DNA from: Cyanobacteria bacterium P01_F01_bin.150
GTDB lineage: Bacteria > Cyanobacteriota > Cyanobacteriia > CAKZMO01
Assembly (NCBI GenBank): GCA_039189765.1
Contig: JBCCYL010000020.1
Location: 1-64,000 of the forward strand
Direction of reading: 5' to 3'
Length of the DNA stretch: 64,000 nt
Position numbers and translations under genes: made by a program. The notes below the pieces were generated by a model. That model had not been told where the DNA came from and made no database searches. It saw nothing but the letters and a program-made list of their open reading frames with translations. Below are positions 23,239-32,258 of this stretch, piece by piece (the stretch's first letter is position 1; the number at the start of each line of letters is the position of its first letter).

Positions 23239-26200
23239 TTGAAACTTATGTCTGAAACCCATACCCCTGTCAATGGTTTAGGTAACCACAGCTCATATGA
23301 CAATATCCAAGCTGTTATTCAACGCCTGCGATCGCTTACTCAGCAGACGGTTCAGACATCGTGGCATCTGTGTATGGAGGACTTGGACCGACAACAGGCA
23401 TTAAGCCCAAAGAGCTGGTCCCACTGGCCATTAGCGACCCTGAATAATCGTGACCATATTGCCTGGCCAAAAGGCCAAAAGGTGCTGTGGTTAGGACAAC
23501 GCCTCAATCTTCCTGCCCAGCTTACAGACCATGTCCAGCTTACAGGCAATGCCCAGTTTACAGACAGTAACGACAATGGTTACCCATTAAAGGATCTGCT
23601 GGTGCGCCTTTCTCTCACTTGGTGGGCAGAAGATTCTCAAATTTTTGTAAACGGAGAACGGGTGCAATGTGGAGATTTATATGATTGCTCTGCCCGTATC
23701 TTGCTCCAGTCCGCTGTTGTGCCAGGAGAGGATATTGACGTTGCCATCCGTCTTGTCAGTCCCGGTCACGATGATGGGGCCTTGGTGAAATCAGTGATGG
23801 TGTATGAAGAGGGGAGTCTAGAAGCAATGCCAGAACCGGGCTTTGTCGCCGATGAGCTAGCTGTTCTGACCCACTATTTGCATCAGTGCCAACAGAATTC
23901 ATTTCAAGGCGATCAGCTACCTACAATCGCCGCTGCTCTTGAGAAACTTCCGTGGAATAAGGTGAACGATCGCCCAGCATTTGATGGGGCGATCGCCCAT
24001 CTGCGCCAGCAGCTTCTGCCCTTTAGCGCTTGGATTAAGCAGCGGTCTATCAAACTTTTAGGCCATGCCCATCTTGACTTGGCATGGCTATGGCCCATTC
24101 CTGAAACCTGGGACGTGGCCCAGCGCACCTTTGAATCCGCCTTAAATCTACAGGCCGACTATCCCGATCTAATTTTTGGCCATTCCACCCCCATGCTCTA
24201 CAAATGGATCGAGCAGCATCGCTCCGATTTATTTACCAAGATTCAAGCCCAGATTGCCAAAGGGCAGTGGGAGGTAATCGCTGGACTATGGGTCGAACCT
24301 GAACTCAACGTCGTCAGCGGCGAGTCGATTGTTCGTCAAGTTTTATACGGCCAGCGCTACTGTCAAGAAAAATTTGGTCAGATCAGTCGCCTTGCCTGGC
24401 TCCCCGATACCTTTGGCTTCTGCTGGCAGCTCCCTCAGATTTTACGCCAGGGCGGCATCGACTACTTTGTAACCCAAAAGCTGCGCTGGAACGACACCAC
24501 CGAGTTTCCCCACCAGTGGTTTAACTGGCGATCGCCCGATGGCACCCCTATCACAAGCCTTATGTCCGCCCCCATCGGCACCTCCATCGACCCCGTGCAA
24601 ATGGCTGAATACGCCTGCACCTGGGAGCAATCCACCGGACATACCACCAGCCTTTGGCTCCCCGGCGTTGGCGACCACGGCGGTGGTCCCACCCGCGACA
24701 TGATTGAAATTGCTCATCGCTGGCAGCGATCGCCCTTTTTCCCGATGGTAGCATTCAGCACCGCAATCGAGTTTCTGGACGAATTGTGGGCAAAGGCAGA
24801 AGAACCCACCCCTAGCCCCTCCCAGGAGGGGGACCGAACCGCCCCAACGCCTCAACGCCCTAACGCCCCAACGCCCCAATCCAAAATCCCCTATTGGTCT
24901 GACGAACTTTATCTCGAACTTCATCGCGGCTGCTACACTGCCCATGCGGATCAAAAATATTGGAATCGACGGTGTGAGGCGCTGCTGTACGAGGCAGAGC
25001 TATGGTCGGCGATCGCGACTCTGCTGACAAATACAGCCTATCCCCAAGAGCATCTTGAACAGACGTGGAAAATAGTGCTGTTTAATCAGTTCCACGATAT
25101 TCTACCTGGCTCCTCAATCCCTGAAGTCTACGAAGACGTTAATCCCCAATGGGAAGAGGCGATCGCCGCCAGCGAAGCGATGGTTGAATCGGCCCTACAG
25201 ACTATTAGCCAAGCGTTGGGAACTCTCCACGTAACGGATCAACTTTCTGGTCAACTTTCTGGTCAACTTTCTGGTCAACTTTCAAACGAAGCTGAGTCTT
25301 CTGGACGCGATCGCATCCCTCTGATCATCTTCAACCCCCTCAACTGGCCACGCACTGGCATTGTCACCGTCTCCTTGCCCCCCCATCTCGCCAGCATCTG
25401 CCACTGGACCGCCCAAACCTCAGACGGCATCCCCCTGCCCTGCCAATGCGTCCCTAACCCTTCTCGTTCAGTGTCCCCCGCGTCCCCCGCGTCCTCCAAT
25501 TCCCCAAAGTCCCCCAATCCTTCTCCCCATTTACTGATGCTCCCGCCCCAAATTCCCGCCATCGGCTACACCCTCTGCTGGCTAACCCCCCATCCCTCTC
25601 CACCCTCTAATGCCCAACGCCCCAACGCCCCAACGCCCCAACGCCCCAACGCCCCACCCCTCCAAAATCCAAAATCCAAAATCCAAAATCAACCCACCCT
25701 TAGCCCCTCTTGGGAGGGAAACCGGAGTGGCCCAACTCTTCAACTCGAAAACCAATTCCTCTGCATCACCATTGACCCCACCACCGGAAATATCCAATCC
25801 ATCATTGACAAAGTCCAAAAGCGATCGATTCTCAGCGGTCCTGGCAATCAGCTCCTTGCCTATAAAGACGACGGGGAATATTGGGATGCGTGGAACATTG
25901 CTGCCAATTACCGAGAGCATCCCTTGCCTGGCCCCACTCTTGAATGTATTCAATGGATCGCAGATGGTCCAGTTGAACAGCGTCTGCGAGTGATTCGAAA
26001 ATTGGGCGATTCCACCTTTAGCCAAGACTATGTCCTTTACGCCAACTCAGCAGTGCTAAGGATCGAATCAGAGGTAGACTGGTGCGATCGCCACACCGTT
26101 GTCAAAGCCAACTTCCCCTTCACGGTCACTGCTAACTATGCCACCTACGATATGCCTTTCGGTGCAATTCAGCGTCCTACCAGTCCTCAAACCGCCGCTG

Positions 26201-26919
26201 AAAAAGCCAAATGGGAAGTACCGGGTCTTGCCTGGGCTGATCTAACGGAAGAAGCAACTGAGGACTTGGAAAAATGCCCACGGGCACATACATCTTCAGC
26301 ACACACCTCTTCAAACGCCTATGGAATCAGCATACTCAGTGACTATAAACATGGCTACAGTGTCACTCCTTCAGAACTACAGCTCACGTTACTTAGAGGC
26401 CCTGTCTGGCCCGATCCTGGTTCGGATCAAGGACATCATTCCTTTGTCTATGCCATTTATCCCCATGCAGGAACGTGGAAAACTGCTTACACGGTCTATC
26501 GGAGCCATGAACTCCGTCATCCTTTGCGAGGACGATTCCTATCAAACAATGCAATAGCGTCAGTGGAAGACTCGTCTTTGATATCTCAACTTAAACCATG
26601 CTCAAATAAAACGGCGTTTAGTGGCTCATTTATCAAAATGCCTGGTGAACATTTTGTGGTTACTGCCGTTAAACAATCAGAAGCCTGTCCTTTAACCTGG
26701 ATTGTTCGAGGCTACGAATGTCATGGAGAAGCAAGCTCCCTTGATTCAGAAGATTTTTCAAAAGATGAACAATCTTCAAATAACCATAAGCCCCTGAACC
26801 TTCTCAGTTTGTCGGGGAATAGTCAAAATGTGTCTCTACTAGAACAGCCCATAATGATTGATGAGTCTGGCAAGCATCTACGTCCCTGGGGCATTCATAC
26901 GTGGGCCATTCGTCCGTAA
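23239..26919 (+). CDS. Alpha-mannosidase, glycoside hydrolase family 38
   Basis: GHAHLDLAWLW, WLPDTFG, GVGDHGGGPT, ELYLELHRGCYT, NQFHDILPGSSI. Start may be ATG 23248. Confidence 0.93.
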   Translation: MKLMSETHTPVNGLGNHSSYDNIQAVIQRLRSLTQQTVQTSWHLCMEDLDRQQALSPKSWSHWPLATLNNRDHIAWPKGQKVLWLGQRLNLPAQLTDHVQLTGNAQFTDSNDNGYPLKDLLVRLSLTWWAEDSQIFVNGERVQCGDLYDCSARILLQSAVVPGEDIDVAIRLVSPGHDDGALVKSVMVYEEGSLEAMPEPGFVADELAVLTHYLHQCQQNSFQGDQLPTIAAALEKLPWNKVNDRPAFDGAIAHLRQQLLPFSAWIKQRSIKLLGHAHLDLAWLWPIPETWDVAQRTFESALNLQADYPDLIFGHSTPMLYKWIEQHRSDLFTKIQAQIAKGQWEVIAGLWVEPELNVVSGESIVRQVLYGQRYCQEKFGQISRLAWLPDTFGFCWQLPQILRQGGIDYFVTQKLRWNDTTEFPHQWFNWRSPDGTPITSLMSAPIGTSIDPVQMAEYACTWEQSTGHTTSLWLPGVGDHGGGPTRDMIEIAHRWQRSPFFPMVAFSTAIEFLDELWAKAEEPTPSPSQEGDRTAPTPQRPNAPTPQSKIPYWSDELYLELHRGCYTAHADQKYWNRRCEALLYEAELWSAIATLLTNTAYPQEHLEQTWKIVLFNQFHDILPGSSIPEVYEDVNPQWEEAIAASEAMVESALQTISQALGTLHVTDQLSGQLSGQLSGQLSNEAESSGRDRIPLIIFNPLNWPRTGIVTVSLPPHLASICHWTAQTSDGIPLPCQCVPNPSRSVSPASPASSNSPKSPNPSPHLLMLPPQIPAIGYTLCWLTPHPSPPSNAQRPNAPTPQRPNAPPLQNPKSKIQNQPTLSPSWEGNRSGPTLQLENQFLCITIDPTTGNIQSIIDKVQKRSILSGPGNQLLAYKDDGEYWDAWNIAANYREHPLPGPTLECIQWIADGPVEQRLRVIRKLGDSTFSQDYVLYANSAVLRIESEVDWCDRHTVVKANFPFTVTANYATYDMPFGAIQRPTSPQTAAEKAKWEVPGLAWADLTEEATEDLEKCPRAHTSSAHTSSNAYGISILSDYKHGYSVTPSELQLTLLRGPVWPDPGSDQGHHSFVYAIYPHAGTWKTAYTVYRSHELRHPLRGRFLSNNAIASVEDSSLISQLKPCSNKTAFSGSFIKMPGEHFVVTAVKQSEACPLTWIVRGYECHGEASSLDSEDFSKDEQSSNNHKPLNLLSLSGNSQNVSLLEQPIMIDESGKHLRPWGIHTWAIRP
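24803..24890 (+). repeat. In-gene composite repeat: GC hairpin element + (CCCCAACG)n + CCAAAAT
   Basis: aacccacccctagcccctcccaggaggggga followed by ccccaacg-like octamers. Confidence 0.8.
25611..25720 (+). repeat. In-gene composite repeat: (CCCCAACG)n + (CCAAAAT) x about 4 + GC hairpin element
   Basis: Octamers 25613-25656, heptamers about 25662-25689, aacccacccttagcccctcttgggagggaa 25691-25720. Confidence 0.85.
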
Positions 26920-26942
26920 CGTTTTCCCAAGAGATGCAGCCG

Positions 26943-28349
26943 CTATTGTAGCGTAACCAGACGTCGTGACTGTTGTAGAGCATTGGCCCAAGATCGTCTC
27001 ACCCATTCCTTAGGTTGATAGACAATTTCCGGGGGAGAGATCACTTGCCAAGTTAATGTCTCTTTGGCTGCTTGGTGTTGAGCCGAAATAAGCTTTTCTT
27101 GATATGCACTCAGCGTTCCTTCTACAATATCTAACTCACGCTTTAGCTGTGAACGGATGGCCATAGCTTCTTGCCATTTTTGAATCTTAGCAACGGTGTC
27201 CTGATGCATTTCTTCCAAGGTATGGCGACGAGTCTCTAAAAGCTGTTGTTCATGTAAGGTGAACAGCCATTTTCTGATCGGTTCAAAGCGTGCTTCATCG
27301 ACCAAGAGCAAACGACGAATGATTGCGGGCCTTTGGTTTGGCTGATGTAGCAGGTCATGAATGGTCTGTTTCATCTCGTTGTGGATTTGCTGTTGGTGGT
27401 CCGAGAGTTGGGGGGCTGAAGAGTTAAGGAGTTGGCGATCACCTTCTTTCCACATCGCCAACCAGGCATCATATTTGGGAATAAGCCGCTGCAATGCCAT
27501 GCCATTTTCAGCCTGAAAATCACTCAACTGCATCTGGGCCTGATATTGAGCAAGCTTCTGCGATAACTCGTTCACACGGGTTTTTATCTGGGCAATCTGC
27601 TGTATTTGTTCATGTTGTTCAACCAGTAACTCTTGGGTAGGGCCTTTCAGCTCAGTGGAGGCTCCAGTGAGGCCCGTTTGCTGGTAGATTGTTTTCTCAA
27701 CGGCCACCAACTCTTCAGCTAATTGCTGCTGTCGTTGGGTCAAAATAGGGATTTGAGATTCGATAAACGCCACATCATCACAGGCTTGAATCTCACATTT
27801 AGAGTCCTGAGAGGCGTACCATTGAGCAACCTCTTCAAGAACAGCCTGGACACGAATAGAGTCGCTGTCAGCATACCGGATTTCTAACCAACCTTGGGGG
27901 GTCGCTTGAGCACTGAGATGGGTTAATAATTTGGCGTGGTTAATGGAAATGCCCTGTTGACTCAAACGTTGGCCCACGGCATCTACCATGGCTTGATTAT
28001 TGATGATTTGTGTATCAATAGCGTGAATCAGATCGGGAGGGGCAATATTAGACATCTGATCTGAGAGGGAGTCTAGCGGTTGTGGGACTGTATCCTTGAT
28101 ATTTTCTCCAGCAGCCGGAACAGAAGAATGGGGAGGCAAAATACTAACGAGTTGAATACTCCCCTCATAATACGAAGAGGCCTGTCCCATATGCATCACC
28201 CCAAACGTTGCCAGGCTCGTTGCCGTGCCAGCGATCGCAATAGTGCGTGAGGATACGGAGAATACAGATTTTTTTTGGGTAGATACGTGACGAGTAGAGC
28301 CAGGTAGAGACGTCTGAGATAAAGACACTGAATGCGATAACTTGGCCAT
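26943..28349 (-). CDS. GumC/Wzc-like polysaccharide chain-length determinant-type coiled-coil protein (no kinase domain)
   Basis: N-terminal hydrophobic segment, YEGSIQL, LEIRYADSD..VQAVL, FIESQIP.L, long coiled coil, WQVISPP. Confidence 0.65.
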   Translation of the reverse strand: MAKLSHSVSLSQTSLPGSTRHVSTQKKSVFSVSSRTIAIAGTATSLATFGVMHMGQASSYYEGSIQLVSILPPHSSVPAAGENIKDTVPQPLDSLSDQMSNIAPPDLIHAIDTQIINNQAMVDAVGQRLSQQGISINHAKLLTHLSAQATPQGWLEIRYADSDSIRVQAVLEEVAQWYASQDSKCEIQACDDVAFIESQIPILTQRQQQLAEELVAVEKTIYQQTGLTGASTELKGPTQELLVEQHEQIQQIAQIKTRVNELSQKLAQYQAQMQLSDFQAENGMALQRLIPKYDAWLAMWKEGDRQLLNSSAPQLSDHQQQIHNEMKQTIHDLLHQPNQRPAIIRRLLLVDEARFEPIRKWLFTLHEQQLLETRRHTLEEMHQDTVAKIQKWQEAMAIRSQLKRELDIVEGTLSAYQEKLISAQHQAAKETLTWQVISPPEIVYQPKEWVRRSWANALQQSRRLVTLQ

Positions 28350-28374
28350 AAAATCATCCTCTACCTAAATCCAA

Positions 28375-28454
28375 GGGTATCAACTGTAGACGGTTAGTGT
28401 GGGCGCGTTGAACCCACACTATCGTTAGTCTTGTTTCGCCTTAAAACGAAACCC
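28375..28454 (+). mobile_element. 80-bp MITE-like element (copy B)
   Basis: gggtatcaactgtagacgg...cgccttaaaacgaaaccc; hairpin tagtgtggg/cccacacta; perfect 8-bp TSD aaatccaa at 28367-28374 and 28455-28462. Confidence 0.85.
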
Positions 28455-28537
28455 AAATCCAACAACGGTATAAAAATTAGCGTACTAGTTCTCTCTACTG
28501 GTCATTCTCCTCGGTTCAGGAGGGTGAATTTAAAGGA

Positions 28538-31279
28538 TTAGGGAAGTGTTTCTGTTGGTTCATCGGTCAGACCGTCATATTCTTCGACTCCGAGGGAGGA
28601 TAATGGGCTGCGCAGCAGGAGATTTTCCGCTAATGTTTGATACTCGTTGGGAGCCAGATTCTGGGTTCGATTCATACAGATGGATAGAAGTTTAGCGGCA
28701 TCATAATAGGCTCGCAGTAAGGACTTATCTGATTCTGTAAATTCCCATTGGCATCTCAAGTCGTAGCGGCTCTTCATAAATCTGGCAACTTTTCCGTGCC
28801 AAAACTGCCGTCGATGATGCCACCAATCCTGAGGAATCGAATGGTTCGCTAGCTGACGGTGAATCATTTCCAACCAGCCAGCAATATGATTTTCCAAGGC
28901 TGGATCGTGCTGTATGGATTTATAAATAGACTCCACCAGGCGGATAAAACCATCAGCTCCATACCGCCCCGACGTTTCCTGTACTCGATAATTCCGAGAA
29001 GAGGCCATTGGCATCATGGTCAGCCCTTCGGCCAAGTCATCGAAGCTATCATTTGATGGCTCTGGCTCTTGCATAGGCTCAGCAAGCGTTGCATGATAAG
29101 CCTGATAAAACAGTCGATGAAGATCCAGGCTTTTGCTGCGAATGACACTGGTGGCATAGTCAAAGTCAGGAAATTCGAACTTGGAAGACACCGCCCCGAT
29201 ATTTTGAGTGGTCATCGGATTATCCAGGGTTGAGACAAAATACCAAGCCCGCAACAGGGTTTGAGAGTAGGAGCGTCGGCTATTTACTTCGGACCGAATG
29301 GCGATCGCCATTGAATCCACCCAATTCAAAAATGCCTGGATTTTGCCATTTGATGCCACTAGTTGACATAGCGCATGCTGGTACCCCAAGAAAAAAGCAT
29401 TCGTCTGACTAGCGGACAGCAATTCAGCCACCAACTCAATGACAAATCGCCACTGGGAATCAGTGATACGTTGGTGAACAAGCGCATGCTGATTCGTTTT
29501 TACCAAATATTCGGCAGTGAAATATTCTTGAAACGTCAAGTGAGAAAAAGAGCAATAGTTCGAGGCCTGTTGAATCATCAATCCATAGGTCACCTCTATG
29601 TCTTCGATTAGCTTACGGGCAGGCGGTGCGGCTCCACCTATTCCTGGTGAAGCCGCTGGTCCGTTTGGTAAAGGCCAGGGCGGACTGACATTATTAGGTG
29701 GGGATAAAGATGGCTGAGAAAAAGATGACGGAGGTAAAGATTGCGGTGGAAACGAGCCGTTTGATGATGTTCGGGACAACGACATCTGAGATTGAAAAAA
29801 ATCTTGAATCTTACGCTCCACCTCTTTGCGATCAAACAGCGTTTGAGGATGGGGTCGCAAAAAGAAATCGGCAGCGATCGCTTGCAGCAGATCTCGGGTT
29901 CGTTCAATACTGAGTTGACTCAGGGTACTGTTGGTCCGATGCTTGCGAGATTCCTCTTTCAGCAAGCTTTCCAATCCCCAGTCATACACCCCTGCGCGGG
30001 TGCTAGGAAAGGTATCATGGTCTTGAAAAACGCGACATAAAAGGTCTAACAACAACGGTGTGCGAGTCAACTCACCAAAGTTAATGTGGCGTCTGAGGCG
30101 ATCGCTAAATTTTCGTTCCATCCTGGCATCTGCCGTGGAGGCTTGAAACCATCGCTTTACGTACAGTGCTCGCTGCTTGGCATTAAAGGGAGCAATCACT
30201 GTCTTTTGAAAGCCATCGGCAAAGCCCAGCCGTAGAGCTAAGCGACAGCTAAACGCATAGTAGCCATTAAAAGAGCGATTGAGGACTTCCTCCACATGAC
30301 GATCCACCGTTTCTCGCATGGCCCCAGGCACTTCGTCTAACCCATCCAGCAGTAAAAAGATACGGCTTTCCTGAAACAAAGCATAGCTAATAGAATCTAC
30401 GTCCCGTACGCCACAGCCCACCAGATAATCCTCAATAAAGCTGTAGAGATTTTTGTGCAGTGCTTGGGGCGCGAAGGCCCGCATTGAGATAAATACAGGA
30501 ACACAATGGGGTAAAAAATCACCCCGGTTACATTGAATCGCCAGCCACTTAAGATAGCTCGTTTTGCCACAGCCAGGGCTGGCATAGACCAATAATCGCC
30601 GTCTTTCCTCAATCAGCGTTTTCCCTTTGACCTGTACATCATACTGAGGCACAATCCCCATTCGATCAAAGTTAGCCTCATCGATCTCTCCGGTAAGCAA
30701 TGACGACGCTTTAAACTGTTCTGAGGGCAGATAGCTAATAGTGTAAAGGCTGGGTTCCACTAAGTTATCAATGGATTGGCTCCGTGACATCCTCACCGTG
30801 CCGCACTCTCTTTCAATTCGAGACGCAACCTGTTGACGAATGTCCTTTACTAGACCATTGATTCTCTCTTGCTGCATTTGGAAATGATTACCCCTGACCT
30901 CATGCACCGGAGACTGATTGTTTCTGCTTCCCTGTGTGGAAGAGCGATCGGGTATTGCACTCTGCACTGAAAAGCGATCGCGTCTTACTGGCTGTGATTG
31001 AAGGCGATCGCCCCCATTCTCTCCTGAATCAACGGTACAGACCTCTTCCCAACTTAGATTGAGGGCAGTACAGATGCCATCAATAGTATCAAAAGTACAG
31101 GCTTTGCCCTTATCTAATGCATTAGCAATGGTGTGACGATGAACGCCTGCAAGAGAGCTCAAATAAGCTTTATATCGATCCTCACGCCCAAGAGATGCCT
31201 TGGCAAGTTGCTTGGCGATCGTCAACACCCGCCGCCGACCGTGCTCTGAAAACTTTAATTGTTTCGGAAAATCTGACAT
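28538..31279 (-). CDS. HTH-NACHT NTPase with C-terminal helical domain (NLR-like)
   Basis: N-terminal Xre-like HTH (LSSLAGVHRHTIANAL...ICTALNLSWEEV), Walker A ASPGCGKT, Walker B FLLLDGLDEV, TPLLLDLLC, FSHLTFQEYFTA, C-terminal WEF...LLRAYYDAAKLLSICMN. ATG 31279 preferred; ORF extends to 31351. Confidence 0.9.
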   Translation of the reverse strand: MSDFPKQLKFSEHGRRRVLTIAKQLAKASLGREDRYKAYLSSLAGVHRHTIANALDKGKACTFDTIDGICTALNLSWEEVCTVDSGENGGDRLQSQPVRRDRFSVQSAIPDRSSTQGSRNNQSPVHEVRGNHFQMQQERINGLVKDIRQQVASRIERECGTVRMSRSQSIDNLVEPSLYTISYLPSEQFKASSLLTGEIDEANFDRMGIVPQYDVQVKGKTLIEERRRLLVYASPGCGKTSYLKWLAIQCNRGDFLPHCVPVFISMRAFAPQALHKNLYSFIEDYLVGCGVRDVDSISYALFQESRIFLLLDGLDEVPGAMRETVDRHVEEVLNRSFNGYYAFSCRLALRLGFADGFQKTVIAPFNAKQRALYVKRWFQASTADARMERKFSDRLRRHINFGELTRTPLLLDLLCRVFQDHDTFPSTRAGVYDWGLESLLKEESRKHRTNSTLSQLSIERTRDLLQAIAADFFLRPHPQTLFDRKEVERKIQDFFQSQMSLSRTSSNGSFPPQSLPPSSFSQPSLSPPNNVSPPWPLPNGPAASPGIGGAAPPARKLIEDIEVTYGLMIQQASNYCSFSHLTFQEYFTAEYLVKTNQHALVHQRITDSQWRFVIELVAELLSASQTNAFFLGYQHALCQLVASNGKIQAFLNWVDSMAIAIRSEVNSRRSYSQTLLRAWYFVSTLDNPMTTQNIGAVSSKFEFPDFDYATSVIRSKSLDLHRLFYQAYHATLAEPMQEPEPSNDSFDDLAEGLTMMPMASSRNYRVQETSGRYGADGFIRLVESIYKSIQHDPALENHIAGWLEMIHRQLANHSIPQDWWHHRRQFWHGKVARFMKSRYDLRCQWEFTESDKSLLRAYYDAAKLLSICMNRTQNLAPNEYQTLAENLLLRSPLSSLGVEEYDGLTDEPTETLP

Positions 31280-31671
31280 GCTAAGAGAGATACACCCGGC
31301 CCTGACATTATTTTCGGCAACAAACCCTTTCAAATGTGTTCCTAAAAACAATGTTTCTTAATTAAGCACCATAGCGCTGCAATTGCGCTTTTGGTACTGT
31401 TTTGTAGGAATTTGTAGGAATGCAGTAGGTTAGGGTCCATGGGCGAACTAGTTTAGAATCAAAAAGCGCCAGCCAAAAATTAATTTTTATTACATTTCTC
31501 CTGTCGAAACTGTCGATCGACAGAAATGGTGAGCCACTACTTTTGGAGAATAAAGGTGTGGCGATCGTCTTGGGAACCAAGAACTCCCCCTTTCTAACTC
31601 CTATAGGGTTCCAAAGGCGATCCTACATCCCTGTGATTTAAATTCCATCAGCTAAATGGAGAGTGTGCCCC

Positions 31672-31872
31672 ATGAATAACGCACTGATTGCTGTCGATCA
31701 ACAAGCGACTATCTGCCGTATTTTGCGAGACGGCTGGGAATGGCAAGTAAGGTTTCAAGGAACATATTGGACCGCCAGAGCCGCAGATGCTGCTGCTCGT
31801 TTTCACATTAATGACCGCGTTTATGTCGTTGGCCGGGAGAACTTGATCCTCCTAATTCAACCGCTCACTTGA
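31672..31872 (+). CDS. Stand-alone NfeD-like OB-fold protein
   Basis: WQVRFQGTYWTARA...DRVYVVGRENLILLI matches the NfeD C-terminal pattern; GGAGA RBS about 9 nt upstream of ATG 31672. Confidence 0.8.
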   Translation: MNNALIAVDQQATICRILRDGWEWQVRFQGTYWTARAADAAARFHINDRVYVVGRENLILLIQPLT

Positions 31873-31974
31873 GCAGTGTTTGCCTAATTTCGTCATTGCG
31901 GCAGTGGAGCACTAGGGTGGCTCCACAGAGTGCAAGGTTTTCAAGATTTTAATGATGCTACCGGAATTAATCCC

Positions 31975-32190
31975 ATGACGTATTCTTCTCAGCCATTTTC
32001 TACTGCTAACTCTCATCTCGAATGTCCTAGCTGCGGCAAGCACAGCATTGTTCAACATAAAGAAACGCACTACATTTGCCTATCCTGTAATTGGGAAAAG
32101 GACATTGCAGAGCCTCCAGCCAAATCGCCCGGACCCAGCCCTTTGCCATTTTGGTTGGCAACGGCTGTGATTTTTCTGCTGTTAATATAG
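31975..32190 (+). CDS. Small Zn-ribbon protein with C-terminal membrane anchor
   Basis: CPSCG...CLSC, Pro-rich linker, hydrophobic tail LPFWLATAVIFLLLI. Alternative GTG start at 31930. Confidence 0.75.
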   Translation: MTYSSQPFSTANSHLECPSCGKHSIVQHKETHYICLSCNWEKDIAEPPAKSPGPSPLPFWLATAVIFLLLI

Positions 32191-32258
32191 GGGACTTGCA
32201 GAAAAATCACATACCAATTTTGCGTAGGATAGACTACTACTGTAGTGAGCGGTATTCG

